From positions 1-64,000 of the forward strand of contig JBDLIE010000004.1 in the NCBI GenBank assembly GCA_039715015.1: a stretch of 64,000 bases of DNA, given 5' to 3'. The notes below the pieces were generated by a model. That model was not told the origin of the DNA. It made no database searches and worked only from the letters and a program-made list of their open reading frames with translations. This DNA comes from Thermodesulfobacteriota bacterium. GTDB lineage: Bacteria; Desulfobacterota; Desulfobulbia; Desulfobulbales; SURF-16. The position numbers were made by a program, and so were the translations under genes. Positions 1 to 10,012 of the stretch are shown piece by piece (position 1 is the first letter of the stretch; every line of letters begins with the position of its first letter).

Positions 1-1
1 A

Positions 2-1069
2 GATATTTTTGAAAATATCGCGCTCTTTCAACCAAAGGTTACCGGTAAAGATGTGGTTATCTTCACCAGGCAGCTCTCAACCATGATCGACGCTGGCCTC
101 CCCCTGGTGCAGAGTCTTGAGATTCTTGGCAACCAACAGGAAAATCCCACCTTTAAAAAGATGCTCAATGAGGTGAGGATGGACGTGGAGACAGGGACCA
201 CTTTTGCCGATGCCATGAAAAAACATGAAGAGGCCTTTGATAATCTTTACTGTAACATGGTGGATGCTGGTGAGGTTGGTGGTATTTTGGATACTATTTT
301 GCGTCGTCTCGCCACTTTTATGGAAAAAAATATGACGTTGAAAAAGAAGGTCAAGGGCGCCATGACCTATCCTGTCATCTGTTTGGCCATCTCTTTTATT
401 ATTACCGCTGTTATTCTTATCTTTGTGGTGCCTGTTTTCTCAAAGATGTTTGCCGATTTTGGGGAGGCATTACCCCCGCTCACGCAATTTGTTGTGGACT
501 TGAGTGCGTTAGCACAAAGTAAGTGGTACGTCGTCGTCGGTATCATGTTTGCGATAAGTATTGTATTTAAAAAAATTTATGCCACGGAAAAGGGGCATTT
601 TGCCATTGATCGTATGTTACTCAATGCCCCAATTCTCGGCACCCTTTTGCGCCGGATTGCGGTGGCCAAATTTACCCGTACCCTGGGCACCATGATCCAG
701 AGTGGTGTGCCGATCCTGGAGTCGCTTACAGTCGTGGGCCGAACAGCGGGCAATAAAGTTATTGAACAGGCGGTTTTTAGGGTTGCTGATAGCATTACGG
801 AAGGGCGGACCATTGCTGAGCCCCTCGAAGAAACTGGGGTTTTCCCCAGTATGGTGGTGCAGATGATTAATGTTGGTGAATCCACCGGTGCCTTGGATAT
901 CATGCTGGAAAAGATTGCTGATTTTTATGATGAAGAGGTGGATCAGGCCGTGGAGAATCTGACCAGTGCAATTGAGCCAGTAATGATGGTTTTTCTTGGT
1001 GGTCTCATTGGTGGACTTGTTATTGCCATGTATCTGCCAATTTTCAAGATGGCTAGTGTCGTTGGGTAA
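2..1069 (+). CDS. pilC: Type IV pilus assembly platform protein PilC (T2SS F family), 5'-truncated by window edge
   Basis: Frame is open from the window start; motifs FTRQLSTMIDAGLPL, GEVGGILD, AMTYP, GESTGALD, MYLPIF. Confidence 0.93.
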   Translation, partial: DIFENIALFQPKVTGKDVVIFTRQLSTMIDAGLPLVQSLEILGNQQENPTFKKMLNEVRMDVETGTTFADAMKKHEEAFDNLYCNMVDAGEVGGILDTILRRLATFMEKNMTLKKKVKGAMTYPVICLAISFIITAVILIFVVPVFSKMFADFGEALPPLTQFVVDLSALAQSKWYVVVGIMFAISIVFKKIYATEKGHFAIDRMLLNAPILGTLLRRIAVAKFTRTLGTMIQSGVPILESLTVVGRTAGNKVIEQAVFRVADSITEGRTIAEPLEETGVFPSMVVQMINVGESTGALDIMLEKIADFYDEEVDQAVENLTSAIEPVMMVFLGGLIGGLVIAMYLPIFKMASVVG

Positions 1070-1197
1070 GGTTGACGCTAAAGGCTAATGTTTTTATTGG
1101 TTTTACTGGACAGAGTAAACGAGAATAGATACTCTTTTTTATAGATTAATTTACAAACTCATACCCAAGGGGCTTACCTAGATATAGGGAGGGAAAA

Positions 1198-1485
1198 ATG
1201 ACTTTGACAAAGGCAGATCTTGTTCAGAAGGTGTATCAGACCCATAATTTGACAAAGGCTGAGGCAGCAGAAACGGTTGAGGCCTTTTTGAAGGTAACCA
1301 AAGGTTGTTTGGCCAATGGTGAAAATTTGCTGATCAGCGGTTTTGGCAAATTCAATGTCAAAGAGAAAAATTCCAGACGTGGCAGAAACCCTCAGACTGG
1401 TAAAGAGCTTATTCTTGAGGCTAGGCGAGTTGTCACTTTCAAGCCATCAGGGATTTTACGAGACCGTATTAATTCCAGTAACTGA
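1198..1485 (+). CDS. ihfA: Integration host factor subunit (alpha-like)
   Basis: MTLTKADL start and ISGFGKF...RRGRNPQTG...ARRVVTFKPS; GGGAGG RBS upstream. Confidence 0.85.
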   Translation: MTLTKADLVQKVYQTHNLTKAEAAETVEAFLKVTKGCLANGENLLISGFGKFNVKEKNSRRGRNPQTGKELILEARRVVTFKPSGILRDRINSSN

Positions 1486-1508
1486 TTACAGTTCTACCTA
1501 AGACAGTA

Positions 1509-1552
1509 AAGAGGCTGAATCTCTCAATTGAGAGGTTCAGCCTCTTTTTTTG
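1509..1552 (+). terminator. Rho-independent terminator after ihf
   Basis: GAGGCTGAAtCTCTC-aatt-GAGAGgTTCAGCCTC followed by a T run. Confidence 0.75.
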
Positions 1553-1577
1553 AGCAGAAAACCGGAGTAGAGAAACG

Positions 1578-2621
1578 ATGGATAAGAAATTAAGTGTGCA
1601 AGAACTGGCTATGCTTGTTGGGGGTGAGATCGTTGGTGATGGACTGTTTGCAGTAGCAGGTGTTGCCGACCTTGAGGCTGCCACCGAACATGATATTAGT
1701 TTTTTACTCAAAACCAGTCAGGCTTCTCTGTTAGCTGAAACCAGGGCTGGGGCCTTGGTGGTTCCGCTCGATGTGGAACCAGATCTGCCGGCCATTAAGG
1801 TGGAGAACCCAGCCTTAGCCATCACCCTCATTCATCGTAAATTTTTAGAAAAAGATTTTCTGCCCACAGGGATTCATGACTCTACGGAGATTGGAAAAGG
1901 GGGGCAGATCTCTGAGTCAGTCTCCATCGGACCACAGGTGGTGCTGGCCGATAATGTTAAAATCGGAGAACGGGTGGCCATTGAGGCCGGGGTCGTCATC
2001 GGTGATGATGTCGTCATTGGAGATGATGTGACGATTATGGCCAATGTGGTGATTCGTGCCGGGTGCAAAATCGGTAATCGGGTCATTATTCATAGTGGGT
2101 CTGTAATTGGAAGCGATGGGTATGGCTATGTTCAGGATGAACAGGGGCGTCATCTCAAACGCCCCCATGTTGGTATCGTTATTCTTGAGGATGATGTGGA
2201 GATTGGTGCCAATTCCTGCGTGGATCGGGCAACCTTCGGGGCAACAGTCATTAAGCAGGGGGCCAAGATCGATAACCTTGTCCAGGTCGCCCATAATGTT
2301 ACTGTTGGTGAAGGATGTTTGCTTGTTGCCCAAAGCGGTGTTGCCGGCAGTACGAGTCTTGGTCGTGGTGTTGTGCTTGGCGGTCAGGCGGGTGTTGCGG
2401 ATCATATCACAGTGGGTGATGGTGTTATGGCTGCCGCTCAGGCTGGTATTGCCGGCAGTGTTAAGAGGGGAAGCGTTGTTGGAGGCTCCCCTGCCATTGA
2501 CCACCGAACCTGGCTTAGAGCAAGTTCGGTCTTTTCAAAACTGCCGCAACTTGTTAAAGACGTACGTAACCTAGCCAAGAAAATTGCTAACCTGGAAGAG
2601 AAACAAGACAACGAAAGTTAA
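1578..2621 (+). CDS. lpxD: UDP-3-O-acylglucosamine N-acyltransferase
   Basis: Hexapeptide repeats; IGSDGYGY, EIGANSCVDR, KIDNLVQVAHNV. Confidence 0.96.
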   Translation: MDKKLSVQELAMLVGGEIVGDGLFAVAGVADLEAATEHDISFLLKTSQASLLAETRAGALVVPLDVEPDLPAIKVENPALAITLIHRKFLEKDFLPTGIHDSTEIGKGGQISESVSIGPQVVLADNVKIGERVAIEAGVVIGDDVVIGDDVTIMANVVIRAGCKIGNRVIIHSGSVIGSDGYGYVQDEQGRHLKRPHVGIVILEDDVEIGANSCVDRATFGATVIKQGAKIDNLVQVAHNVTVGEGCLLVAQSGVAGSTSLGRGVVLGGQAGVADHITVGDGVMAAAQAGIAGSVKRGSVVGGSPAIDHRTWLRASSVFSKLPQLVKDVRNLAKKIANLEEKQDNES

Positions 2622-2659
2622 GGTAAATTTTCTCATAAAATAGTGGAGTAAATAAAATA

Positions 2660-3106
2660 ATGAGTGAACCAACACCCCCTCTTGATATTCAGGAAATATT
2701 ACGTCTTCTGCCCCATCGTTACCCATTTCTCCTTGTAGATCGAGTGCTTGATTATACCGTCGGAGAAAAGATTACCTGTATTAAAAATGTCACCATTAAT
2801 GAGCCCTTTTTTCAGGGCCATTTCCCTGTGGAACCGGTGATGCCTGGCGTTCTTATTATTGAGGGCATGGCTCAGGCCGGGGTTGTCTTGGCATTTTTGA
2901 CTGATAAAGAAAAAGTGGGAGAAAGCTTGGTTTACTTTGCAGGTATTGACAAGGCTCGCTTTCGCCGCAAGGTGGTCCCTGGTGATCAGATTGTTTATGA
3001 ACTCTCTCTTGTTCGTCGAAAGGGTAAGATAATCAAAATGGAGAGTAAGGCATTTGTTGATGGGGCGGTGGTAGCAGAGGCCCTTCTTACGGCGACCTTT
3101 TCGTAA
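2660..3106 (+). CDS. fabZ: 3-hydroxyacyl-ACP dehydratase
   Basis: [31 protein letters not shown]. Confidence 0.97.
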   Translation: MSEPTPPLDIQEILRLLPHRYPFLLVDRVLDYTVGEKITCIKNVTINEPFFQGHFPVEPVMPGVLIIEGMAQAGVVLAFLTDKEKVGESLVYFAGIDKARFRRKVVPGDQIVYELSLVRRKGKIIKMESKAFVDGAVVAEALLTATFS

Positions 3107-3131
3107 ATAATATTTCTGGGAAAATAGAAGA

Positions 3132-3929
3132 ATGTCCATCCATCCTACAGCTGTTATTGATGCCAAAGCTGAATTAGACTCTTCCGTCGAGGTAGGGCCT
3201 TATGCGGTTATTGACGCCGGAGTAAAGATCAATGCAAACAGCGTTGTTAGTTCTCACGCCCATATCTCCGGCCAGACTACCATTGGCAAGAATAATACCA
3301 TCGGCAGTTTTACCTGTATTGGTTTTCCTCCCCAGGATTTAAAGTATCATGGTGAAGAAACCAAGCTTGTTATCGGCGACGACAACCACATCCGGGAGTT
3401 TTCTTCAATGCACCGCGGCACTCCGGGAGGCCACGGAGTAACGACCATCGGAAACAATAATCTTTTCATGGCCTATAGCCACGTTGCCCATGATTGTGTT
3501 ATCGGCGACCATGTCGTTATGGTGAATAACGCCACCATGGGGGGGCATGTCGAGGTGGGGGATTGGGCTATCATTGGCGGCATGACAGCTATTCATCAGT
3601 TTATCCGTATTGGCGAGCATGCTTATATAGGTGGGATGAGCGGTATAAGCCTTGATATCCCGCCCTATGTCATGGTCGCAGGTATCCGTAATGAGTTGCA
3701 GATTCGTTCTATAAATCGTATTGGTTTGAAAAGGGCAGGTTTCAAAAGTGAGGATATCCGCAACCTCAATAAGGCTTTTATGGTTATTTTCAAAACAGAA
3801 GACCTTCTTCTCCAAGACGCCTTGTCCCAGGTAGTGAAAGATTTTGGTGACTGTCCGCCGGTGGCGCGGATGGTTAATTTTTTCAAGGTCTCAAACCGTA
3901 ATGTTGCCCGTTTAAGCAGTGATGAGTAA
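3132..3929 (+). CDS. lpxA: UDP-N-acetylglucosamine acyltransferase
   Basis: IHPTAVID, PQDLKY, HVAHDC, HQF motifs. Confidence 0.97.
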   Translation: MSIHPTAVIDAKAELDSSVEVGPYAVIDAGVKINANSVVSSHAHISGQTTIGKNNTIGSFTCIGFPPQDLKYHGEETKLVIGDDNHIREFSSMHRGTPGGHGVTTIGNNNLFMAYSHVAHDCVIGDHVVMVNNATMGGHVEVGDWAIIGGMTAIHQFIRIGEHAYIGGMSGISLDIPPYVMVAGIRNELQIRSINRIGLKRAGFKSEDIRNLNKAFMVIFKTEDLLLQDALSQVVKDFGDCPPVARMVNFFKVSNRNVARLSSDE

Positions 3930-4755
3930 AAAAATCGGTATTCTCGCCGGCGCGGGCCAATTTCCCCATCTTTTTTGTAAGGCTGCTCAGAAAGATGGAC
4001 GTCAAGTCTATATTGCCGGTCATAAAGGTGAAACTTCACCTGACTTGGAAGATTTGGCCGATGGTTTTTGCTGGGTAAAGCTCGGTCAGTTAGGAAAAAT
4101 TCTCAAATTTTTCAAGAGAGAAGGCGTCACTGAAACGGTATTTTTGGGGGCCATCACCAAGACCAAGATTTTCCGTGATATTTTCCCTGACCTGCGGGGG
4201 CTTACCCTTTGGAATAAGATTGATATTAAACAGGACGACGCCATTTTACGTGCCATTGCCGGTGAGATTGAGAAAGATGGCATCAAGGTTCTGGAGTCAA
4301 CCTGTTATCTTCAGGATCTTTTATTCCCGCAAGGGGTGTTAACCAAGAAAAAGCCGGATGCCAGCCAGCAGGATGATATCCGTTTTGGTTTTCGGATGGC
4401 TAAAGCCATCGGCGACCTCGATATAGGTCAATGTGTTGTGGTTCGTGACCAGAGTGTTTTGGCAGTTGAAGCCATTGAGGGCACTGATGCCGCCATTCGC
4501 CGGGGTGGTGCTTTGGGCCACGAGAGCGCAGTGGTTGTCAAGGTGCGTAAACCGGAGCAGGATTTTCGTTTTGACCTGCCCGCCACTGGCCTGCAAACCA
4601 TTGAGTCGATGATTGAGGTTAAGGCCAAGGTTTTGGCGGTAGAAAGGGGGCAGTCTTTGCTCTTTGATGCGGAACGGGTGATTGAGGCGGCCGATAAGGC
4701 TGGGATCATTGTGGTCGGGGTCTCACAGGATGCTGCCGGTACTCTTTCCTTCTGA
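3922..4755 (+). CDS. lpxI: UDP-2,3-diacylglucosamine diphosphatase LpxI
   Basis: IGILAGAGQFP, DIGQCVVV, AVEAIEGTD, QDFRFDLP; overlaps lpxA stop. Confidence 0.92.
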   Translation: MSKKIGILAGAGQFPHLFCKAAQKDGRQVYIAGHKGETSPDLEDLADGFCWVKLGQLGKILKFFKREGVTETVFLGAITKTKIFRDIFPDLRGLTLWNKIDIKQDDAILRAIAGEIEKDGIKVLESTCYLQDLLFPQGVLTKKKPDASQQDDIRFGFRMAKAIGDLDIGQCVVVRDQSVLAVEAIEGTDAAIRRGGALGHESAVVVKVRKPEQDFRFDLPATGLQTIESMIEVKAKVLAVERGQSLLFDAERVIEAADKAGIIVVGVSQDAAGTLSF

Positions 4756-4779
4756 TTATCGTTACTCTGGGTATATTCT

Positions 4780-5646
4780 ATGAAAGCTATGGTTCTTGCT
4801 GCCGGGCTTGGCACCCGTCTGCAGCCCTATACCCATCAGCGCCCCAAACCTCTTTTTCCTGTTCTTAATACCCCCCTTCTTCTCCAAACTCTGTCTGCCT
4901 TACAAAATGCTGGTTTTCAAGAGATTGCCGTTAACTGCTATCATCTCGGCGAACAGATCGAAAAGAACTTAGCCGGAATGAGCGGCGTGACAGTTTTTAG
5001 TGAACAGAAGGTCCTTGGTACAGGCGGCGGCTTACGTAATGCCATGGCATGGCTTGGCAAGGACCCTGTCTTGGTGGTCAACGGCGATATCTATCACACT
5101 ATCGACTATAGAATGGTCTATGATAGCCACCTTAAGGCTAACCAAGCTGCCACCTTGGTGTTGCATGATTTCCCTCGATTCAATAAGGTGAGCATCGACG
5201 AGCAGGGCGCTGTCATCGACTTTAATCCCTGTGACAAAGCAGCTGAAATTAAGGCATTCACCGGTATCCATGTCCTTGACCCGCAACTCCTGCAGGTCAT
5301 TCCCGAGGACTCTTTTTATGATATCATTACCTGCTATAGGCATTGGATGGGTGAAGGCAGGCTGATACAAGGGCTTCTGGTTCAGGGTCATTTTTGGAGT
5401 GATATGGGCACCCCGGCTGATTATCTCGATCTCCATGGTCGCCTGCTGACTGATCAATATTTTGGCGCAGCCTCTCCCTTTTGCCTGGATGATGACCTTC
5501 ATCTGCCCGGGGTTGAGCTTCATGAGTGGGCAGCTATCGGTAAAGGGACAAAGATCGGCGAGGGTGTCTCGCTGACCCGGGTTGTGGTGTGGGATGGAGC
5601 TGTGATAGCCCCGGGAAGTCAGCTCATGGATACTATAGTGGTATGA
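4780..5646 (+). CDS. Nucleotidyltransferase (MurU / sugar-1-phosphate NTase family)
   Basis: MKAMVLAAGLGTRLQP...PKPL, LGTGGGL; adjacent to an AmgK-like kinase. Confidence 0.85.
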   Translation: MKAMVLAAGLGTRLQPYTHQRPKPLFPVLNTPLLLQTLSALQNAGFQEIAVNCYHLGEQIEKNLAGMSGVTVFSEQKVLGTGGGLRNAMAWLGKDPVLVVNGDIYHTIDYRMVYDSHLKANQAATLVLHDFPRFNKVSIDEQGAVIDFNPCDKAAEIKAFTGIHVLDPQLLQVIPEDSFYDIITCYRHWMGEGRLIQGLLVQGHFWSDMGTPADYLDLHGRLLTDQYFGAASPFCLDDDLHLPGVELHEWAAIGKGTKIGEGVSLTRVVVWDGAVIAPGSQLMDTIVV

Positions 5647-6743
5647 TCTTCTCGAAACCAACCAAGAAAAAGAGCCGGACTGGACCTGGGGGAGACTTGA
5701 ATCTTATTCACGCTCTCCTGTCTGAGATGTCTTGCCCGGTAAATGCCGACCAGATTGTGCCTTTGGCCGGAGATGGATCGGACCGGATATTTTACCGGGT
5801 TGGCGGCGATTGTCCCTGTGTGGCAGTGCTTCCTTCCCTCTCGCACCCTCAGGCAATGGCCGAGGCCCAGGCCTGCTACACCATTGCCTGCCATCTTGGC
5901 GATCTGAGTGTGCCAGTGCCCAAGGTGCTTGGCCATGACCGCAAAAATCGTCTTATTCTCTTTGAGGATGTGGGGGATGTTCATCTCCACTCTTTGGTTG
6001 AGGGGCGGCAGAATTTTAGCGATGTCCAGCCCCTTTATGAGCAGGCTGTCGATGGCCTTCTAAAACTCCAGATCAACGGGGTGAAGGGTTTTGATAGGCG
6101 TTGCTGTTGGGATACGCCTCAGTATGATATGGATTTGATGATCAAACGTGAATCCGGCTACTTCCTGCAAGCATTTTGTAAGGAATATCTTGGCAAGATT
6201 GTTGATGAGCACGCTCTTAATCAAGAATTTATTCAACTGGCCAGACGCGCTGCCCGGGAAGGAGCTGGTTTTTTGCTGCACAGAGATTATCAATCCCGCA
6301 ACCTCATGGTCCATGAAGGGAAGGTGCGGATCATCGATTTTCAAGGGGCCCGGCTTGGACCCCTGGCATACGATCTTGCCTCCCTGCTCATTGATCCCTA
6401 TGCCTCCCTGAGTCTGGAGGAGCAAGAGATAGTCTTTGATTATTACGTTGAGCAGGCAGCCCGGATGCTTGAGGATTTCAATCCTGATCAGTTCCGTCAG
6501 GGCTATATCTTTTTAGCCTTGCAGAGAAATCTGCAGATTCTGGGCGCCTTTGCTTTTTTATCTCAGCAGAAGGGTAAGAGGTTTTTTGAACAATATATTA
6601 TGCCGGCTGCATTCAGTCTGCATCAAAGTCTGCAGAATGTGGCTGATCGTTTCCCAAACCTTACTGAACTTGTTGACGAGATCCAAGGCGACCTGCACGA
6701 AGCATCAGCCTTTGCCAAGGTAAGTGATTCCCTGGCGGAATAG
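5643..6743 (+). CDS. AmgK-like sugar kinase (aminoglycoside phosphotransferase family)
   Basis: LAGDGSDRIFYR, HRDYQSRNLM, IIDFQGA, YDLASLL; ATG overlaps the upstream stop. Confidence 0.85.
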   Translation: MIFSKPTKKKSRTGPGGDLNLIHALLSEMSCPVNADQIVPLAGDGSDRIFYRVGGDCPCVAVLPSLSHPQAMAEAQACYTIACHLGDLSVPVPKVLGHDRKNRLILFEDVGDVHLHSLVEGRQNFSDVQPLYEQAVDGLLKLQINGVKGFDRRCCWDTPQYDMDLMIKRESGYFLQAFCKEYLGKIVDEHALNQEFIQLARRAAREGAGFLLHRDYQSRNLMVHEGKVRIIDFQGARLGPLAYDLASLLIDPYASLSLEEQEIVFDYYVEQAARMLEDFNPDQFRQGYIFLALQRNLQILGAFAFLSQQKGKRFFEQYIMPAAFSLHQSLQNVADRFPNLTELVDEIQGDLHEASAFAKVSDSLAE

Positions 6744-6749
6744 AAAAAT

Positions 6750-8114
6750 ATGAAAGAAAAAATAGATCAAGATCGCGGCCAGGACACCCTTCTCGTTGCC
6801 CTCGTGGGACGGCCTAATGTTGGCAAGTCGACCATTTTCAATCGACTGACAAAATCCAATAAGGCCATTGTCGATCCCACCCCCGGGGTGACCAGGGACC
6901 GCCACTATGGGCCGGTGGTCTGGAACGAACGACGGATTATCCTGGTGGATACCGGCGGCATTGAACTCGGACCAGACGATATTATCTCCGGCCAAATTCA
7001 GGACCAGACCTGGGCAGCCATTGAGGAGGCTGATATTATCCTCCATGTTATGGACGGTGTGGGCGGTGTTTTGGCGGAAGATTACGAGGTGGTGAATCGC
7101 CTGCGCCGGGCCGGCAAGCCGGTCTATCATCTGGTTAACAAGGTGGATGGCCCAGAGAAGGAGGGTGAGATCCTCAGCCAGTTTTACGAATTGGGAATTG
7201 ATGAGTTGTGGGCGGTCTCTTCTGCCCATGGCTTTGGCATGAAGACCTTTTTTGATTTCTTTTTTGATAGTCTCCCCACAGCTAAAGAGCGTGACGATAT
7301 CCCCGAAGAGGCCATTCGTATTGCCTGTATTGGTCGGCCCAATGTCGGTAAGTCATCGCTGATTAATAAACTGTTAGGTCAAGACCGGATGGTGGTTTCC
7401 GATATCCCCGGCACCACCCGTGATTCGGTGGATAGTCTTCTGGAAAAAAACGGGAAGCAGTATCTTCTTATTGATACAGCCGGAATTCGTCGTAAGGGTA
7501 AGGTTCACGAGAAGATAGAGAAATTCAGTGTCATGAGGGCCCTTTCTTCACTGGAACGCTGTGACCTGGCCCTGTTGCTTGTGGATGCTGATGAGGGGAT
7601 CACCGAGCAGGATACCAAGGTGATCGGCTACGCCCTGGAACGGGGGAGGGCCTGTCTTATTTTGGTTAATAAATGGGATTTGGTTCGGGGCGAGAAGAAG
7701 CGGGAAAAATGGATTATGGATGAGGTGGCCATGGCCACTAAATTTATGCCCTATGCGCCCACCATCAAAATCTCTGCTTTGACCGGCATGTCGCTTAAGA
7801 AAATTCTGGCCACGGTGGATACGGTCTATCGTCAGTATACGGCTACTTTCTCCACCAATGCTCTCAATCAGGTACTCAAGAAGGCCACGGAGACCCATAC
7901 GCCGCCTTTGCATAAGGGGCGGCGTCTCAAACTCTACTACACCACCCAGGTTGCGAGCTCGCCGCCTACTTTTGTTCTCTTTGTCAATTATCCAAAGGGA
8001 ATTCATTTTTCATATTATCGCTTTCTGGTGAATCAGTTCCGGGAGGAGTTGGGGTTGGTTAACTCGCCCATTAAGCTTCTGCTCCGGGAGCGGAAGAGAA
8101 AGAAGTATGGCTGA
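6750..8114 (+). CDS. der: Ribosome biogenesis GTPase Der (EngA)
   Basis: Two GRPNVGKS P-loops; DTGG/DTAG and NKVD/NKWD motifs. Confidence 0.97.
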   Translation: MKEKIDQDRGQDTLLVALVGRPNVGKSTIFNRLTKSNKAIVDPTPGVTRDRHYGPVVWNERRIILVDTGGIELGPDDIISGQIQDQTWAAIEEADIILHVMDGVGGVLAEDYEVVNRLRRAGKPVYHLVNKVDGPEKEGEILSQFYELGIDELWAVSSAHGFGMKTFFDFFFDSLPTAKERDDIPEEAIRIACIGRPNVGKSSLINKLLGQDRMVVSDIPGTTRDSVDSLLEKNGKQYLLIDTAGIRRKGKVHEKIEKFSVMRALSSLERCDLALLLVDADEGITEQDTKVIGYALERGRACLILVNKWDLVRGEKKREKWIMDEVAMATKFMPYAPTIKISALTGMSLKKILATVDTVYRQYTATFSTNALNQVLKKATETHTPPLHKGRRLKLYYTTQVASSPPTFVLFVNYPKGIHFSYYRFLVNQFREELGLVNSPIKLLLRERKRKKYG

Positions 8115-8330
8115 GTTCTTGGCAGAAAAAGCTTTGGTTTTGATAGAGAGAGCGGCTTTTTTATTGTTTTCTCGATAGTTGTTGCAGTAGTTCCTTGTTC
8201 CTTTTCGTCCGTTCCGCTGGCTGCTTGCAAAAAGGGCACCTGTAACAATCCCTGGCCTTTGGCGCCACTCGTCTTCCGCCCGAAAAGGGGCACCCTGCTC
8301 GTTTGGGTCTGGATGGGGAAAAGATGAATA

Positions 8331-8382
8331 ACCAATAAAAAAGCGGCGTGACCTAGAATGGTCACGCCGCTTTTTTATTGGT
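8331..8382. terminator. Bidirectional terminator between convergent der and dapL
   Basis: ACCAATAAAAAAGCGGCGTGACC-tagaat-GGTCACGCCGCTTTTTTATTGGT, a perfect inverted repeat. Confidence 0.85.
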
Positions 8383-8399
8383 AGATGGAGAGAAAATGT

Positions 8400-9626
8400 C
8401 TATTTCACTTCAGCGCTGATTCTCTCCATGGCTGTGACCACGTTCTCGTAGGAGTTGAAGGCGGAGAGGCGGATGTAGCCTTGGCCGCATTTGCCGAATC
8501 CTGCGCCTGGGGTGCAGACAACTCCGGCATTATTGAGGAGCAGATCAAAAAATTCCCAGGAATCGCGGCCTTGGCCGTCGATCCAGATGTAGGGGGAATT
8601 GTCGCCGCCGACAGAGTCGAAACCGAGCTTGGTGATTTCGGCCTTGATATGGGCGGCGTTACGCAGGTAATAATCGGTAAGTTCCCTGGTCTGGGCTTTG
8701 CCTTCAGGGCTGTAGACGGCTTCGGCGGCCTTTTGGATGGGGTAGGAGACACCGTTGAATTTGGTGCAATGGCGGCGGTTCCACAGGGGCTGAAGGGGTT
8801 GCTTGTCGCCATAGCTGTCGAAGGCCATGCATTCTTTAGGAACCACGGTGTAGGCGCAACGGGTGCCTGTAAAACCGGCGTTTTTCGAAAAGCTGCGAAA
8901 CTCAATGGCTACTTCTTTGGCGCCATCTATCTCAAAGATTGATTTAGGGAGAGATTCATCGCGGATAAAGGCCTCATAAGCTGCATCAAAGAGGATGAGG
9001 GCCTTGTTCTTATGAGCATAATCAACCCAGGTTTTCAGCTCTTCCTTGCTAGCGGTGCTGCCGGTTGGGTTGTTGGGAAAACAGAGATAGATAAGGTCAA
9101 CCGGCTCCTTGGGGAGATCCGGTACGAAGTTGTTTGACTTTAGCGAATCAAGATAGGTGATGCCCTTATAGCGGCCATCGCTAAAGACACCGGTGCGGCC
9201 TGCCATGACATTGGTGTCGAGATAAACCGGATAGACGGGATCCGGGATGGCTATTTTGACATCGGTTGTAAAAAGCTCCTGAATATTGCCGGTGTCACAT
9301 TTAGCACCGTCACTGACAAAAATTTCATCAGCGCAAACATCAGCGCCCTGATCCTGAAAGTCATTTTGGGCAATGGCTTCACGCAGAAAGGCGTAGCCTT
9401 GTTCCGGGCCGTAGCCATGGAAGGAGGCGTCGTTTGCCATCTCGTCAACGGCGGCATGGAGGGCTGTGACACAGGCCTCGGGCAGGGCCCTGGTGACGTC
9501 GCCAATTCCCAGCCGGATGATATCCTTGTCTGGATTATTTTCCTGGAAGGTGTTCACCCTCTTTGCAATGTCAGAGAAAAGGTAGGAAGCCTGCAGTTTC
9601 AGATAATTTTCATTAATGGTAATCAT
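8400..9626 (-). CDS. dapL: LL-diaminopimelate aminotransferase
   Basis: [42 protein letters not shown]. Confidence 0.96.
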   Translation of the reverse strand: MITINENYLKLQASYLFSDIAKRVNTFQENNPDKDIIRLGIGDVTRALPEACVTALHAAVDEMANDASFHGYGPEQGYAFLREAIAQNDFQDQGADVCADEIFVSDGAKCDTGNIQELFTTDVKIAIPDPVYPVYLDTNVMAGRTGVFSDGRYKGITYLDSLKSNNFVPDLPKEPVDLIYLCFPNNPTGSTASKEELKTWVDYAHKNKALILFDAAYEAFIRDESLPKSIFEIDGAKEVAIEFRSFSKNAGFTGTRCAYTVVPKECMAFDSYGDKQPLQPLWNRRHCTKFNGVSYPIQKAAEAVYSPEGKAQTRELTDYYLRNAAHIKAEITKLGFDSVGGDNSPYIWIDGQGRDSWEFFDLLLNNAGVVCTPGAGFGKCGQGYIRLSAFNSYENVVTAMERISAEVK

Positions 9627-10012
9627 GGAAGCCTCAACGGGAAATTGTTCAAGATAGTTTTAAAGCATTCAGCTTCTATATAATACAGGTTCTTTTCTGT
9701 CAATTGGGATGGACTTGGTCAGGCCTCACCGCTTCATGCTAAGAGGACTGTTTCGACTACTACTGGAGAGCTTGAATCAGTGATTTTGTGGTACAGGTTG
9801 TCCATGAATCACCCTTTGCGGTGTTTGTCCCTGCTTTTATTGCAAAAGGGCCGTGCCAATGATAGTTTGTTAAAGATCAGGTGTAATCCCCCTTTTTTAG
9901 ATATACCGAAGGAGTAGATTTCCTATCGCCTCCCTGATGTCTTTGCGGTTCAAACATTAATCATCAATCCCCCACCTTTTTTCAGCTTTTCCCTCGAACC
10001 CTTTTGATAACT

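Noticed and set aside
9840..9859. Sigma-54 promoter for dapL (TTGGCACG...TTGCA on the minus strand)
   Set aside because: GG-to-GC spacing is 12 nt rather than the required 10.
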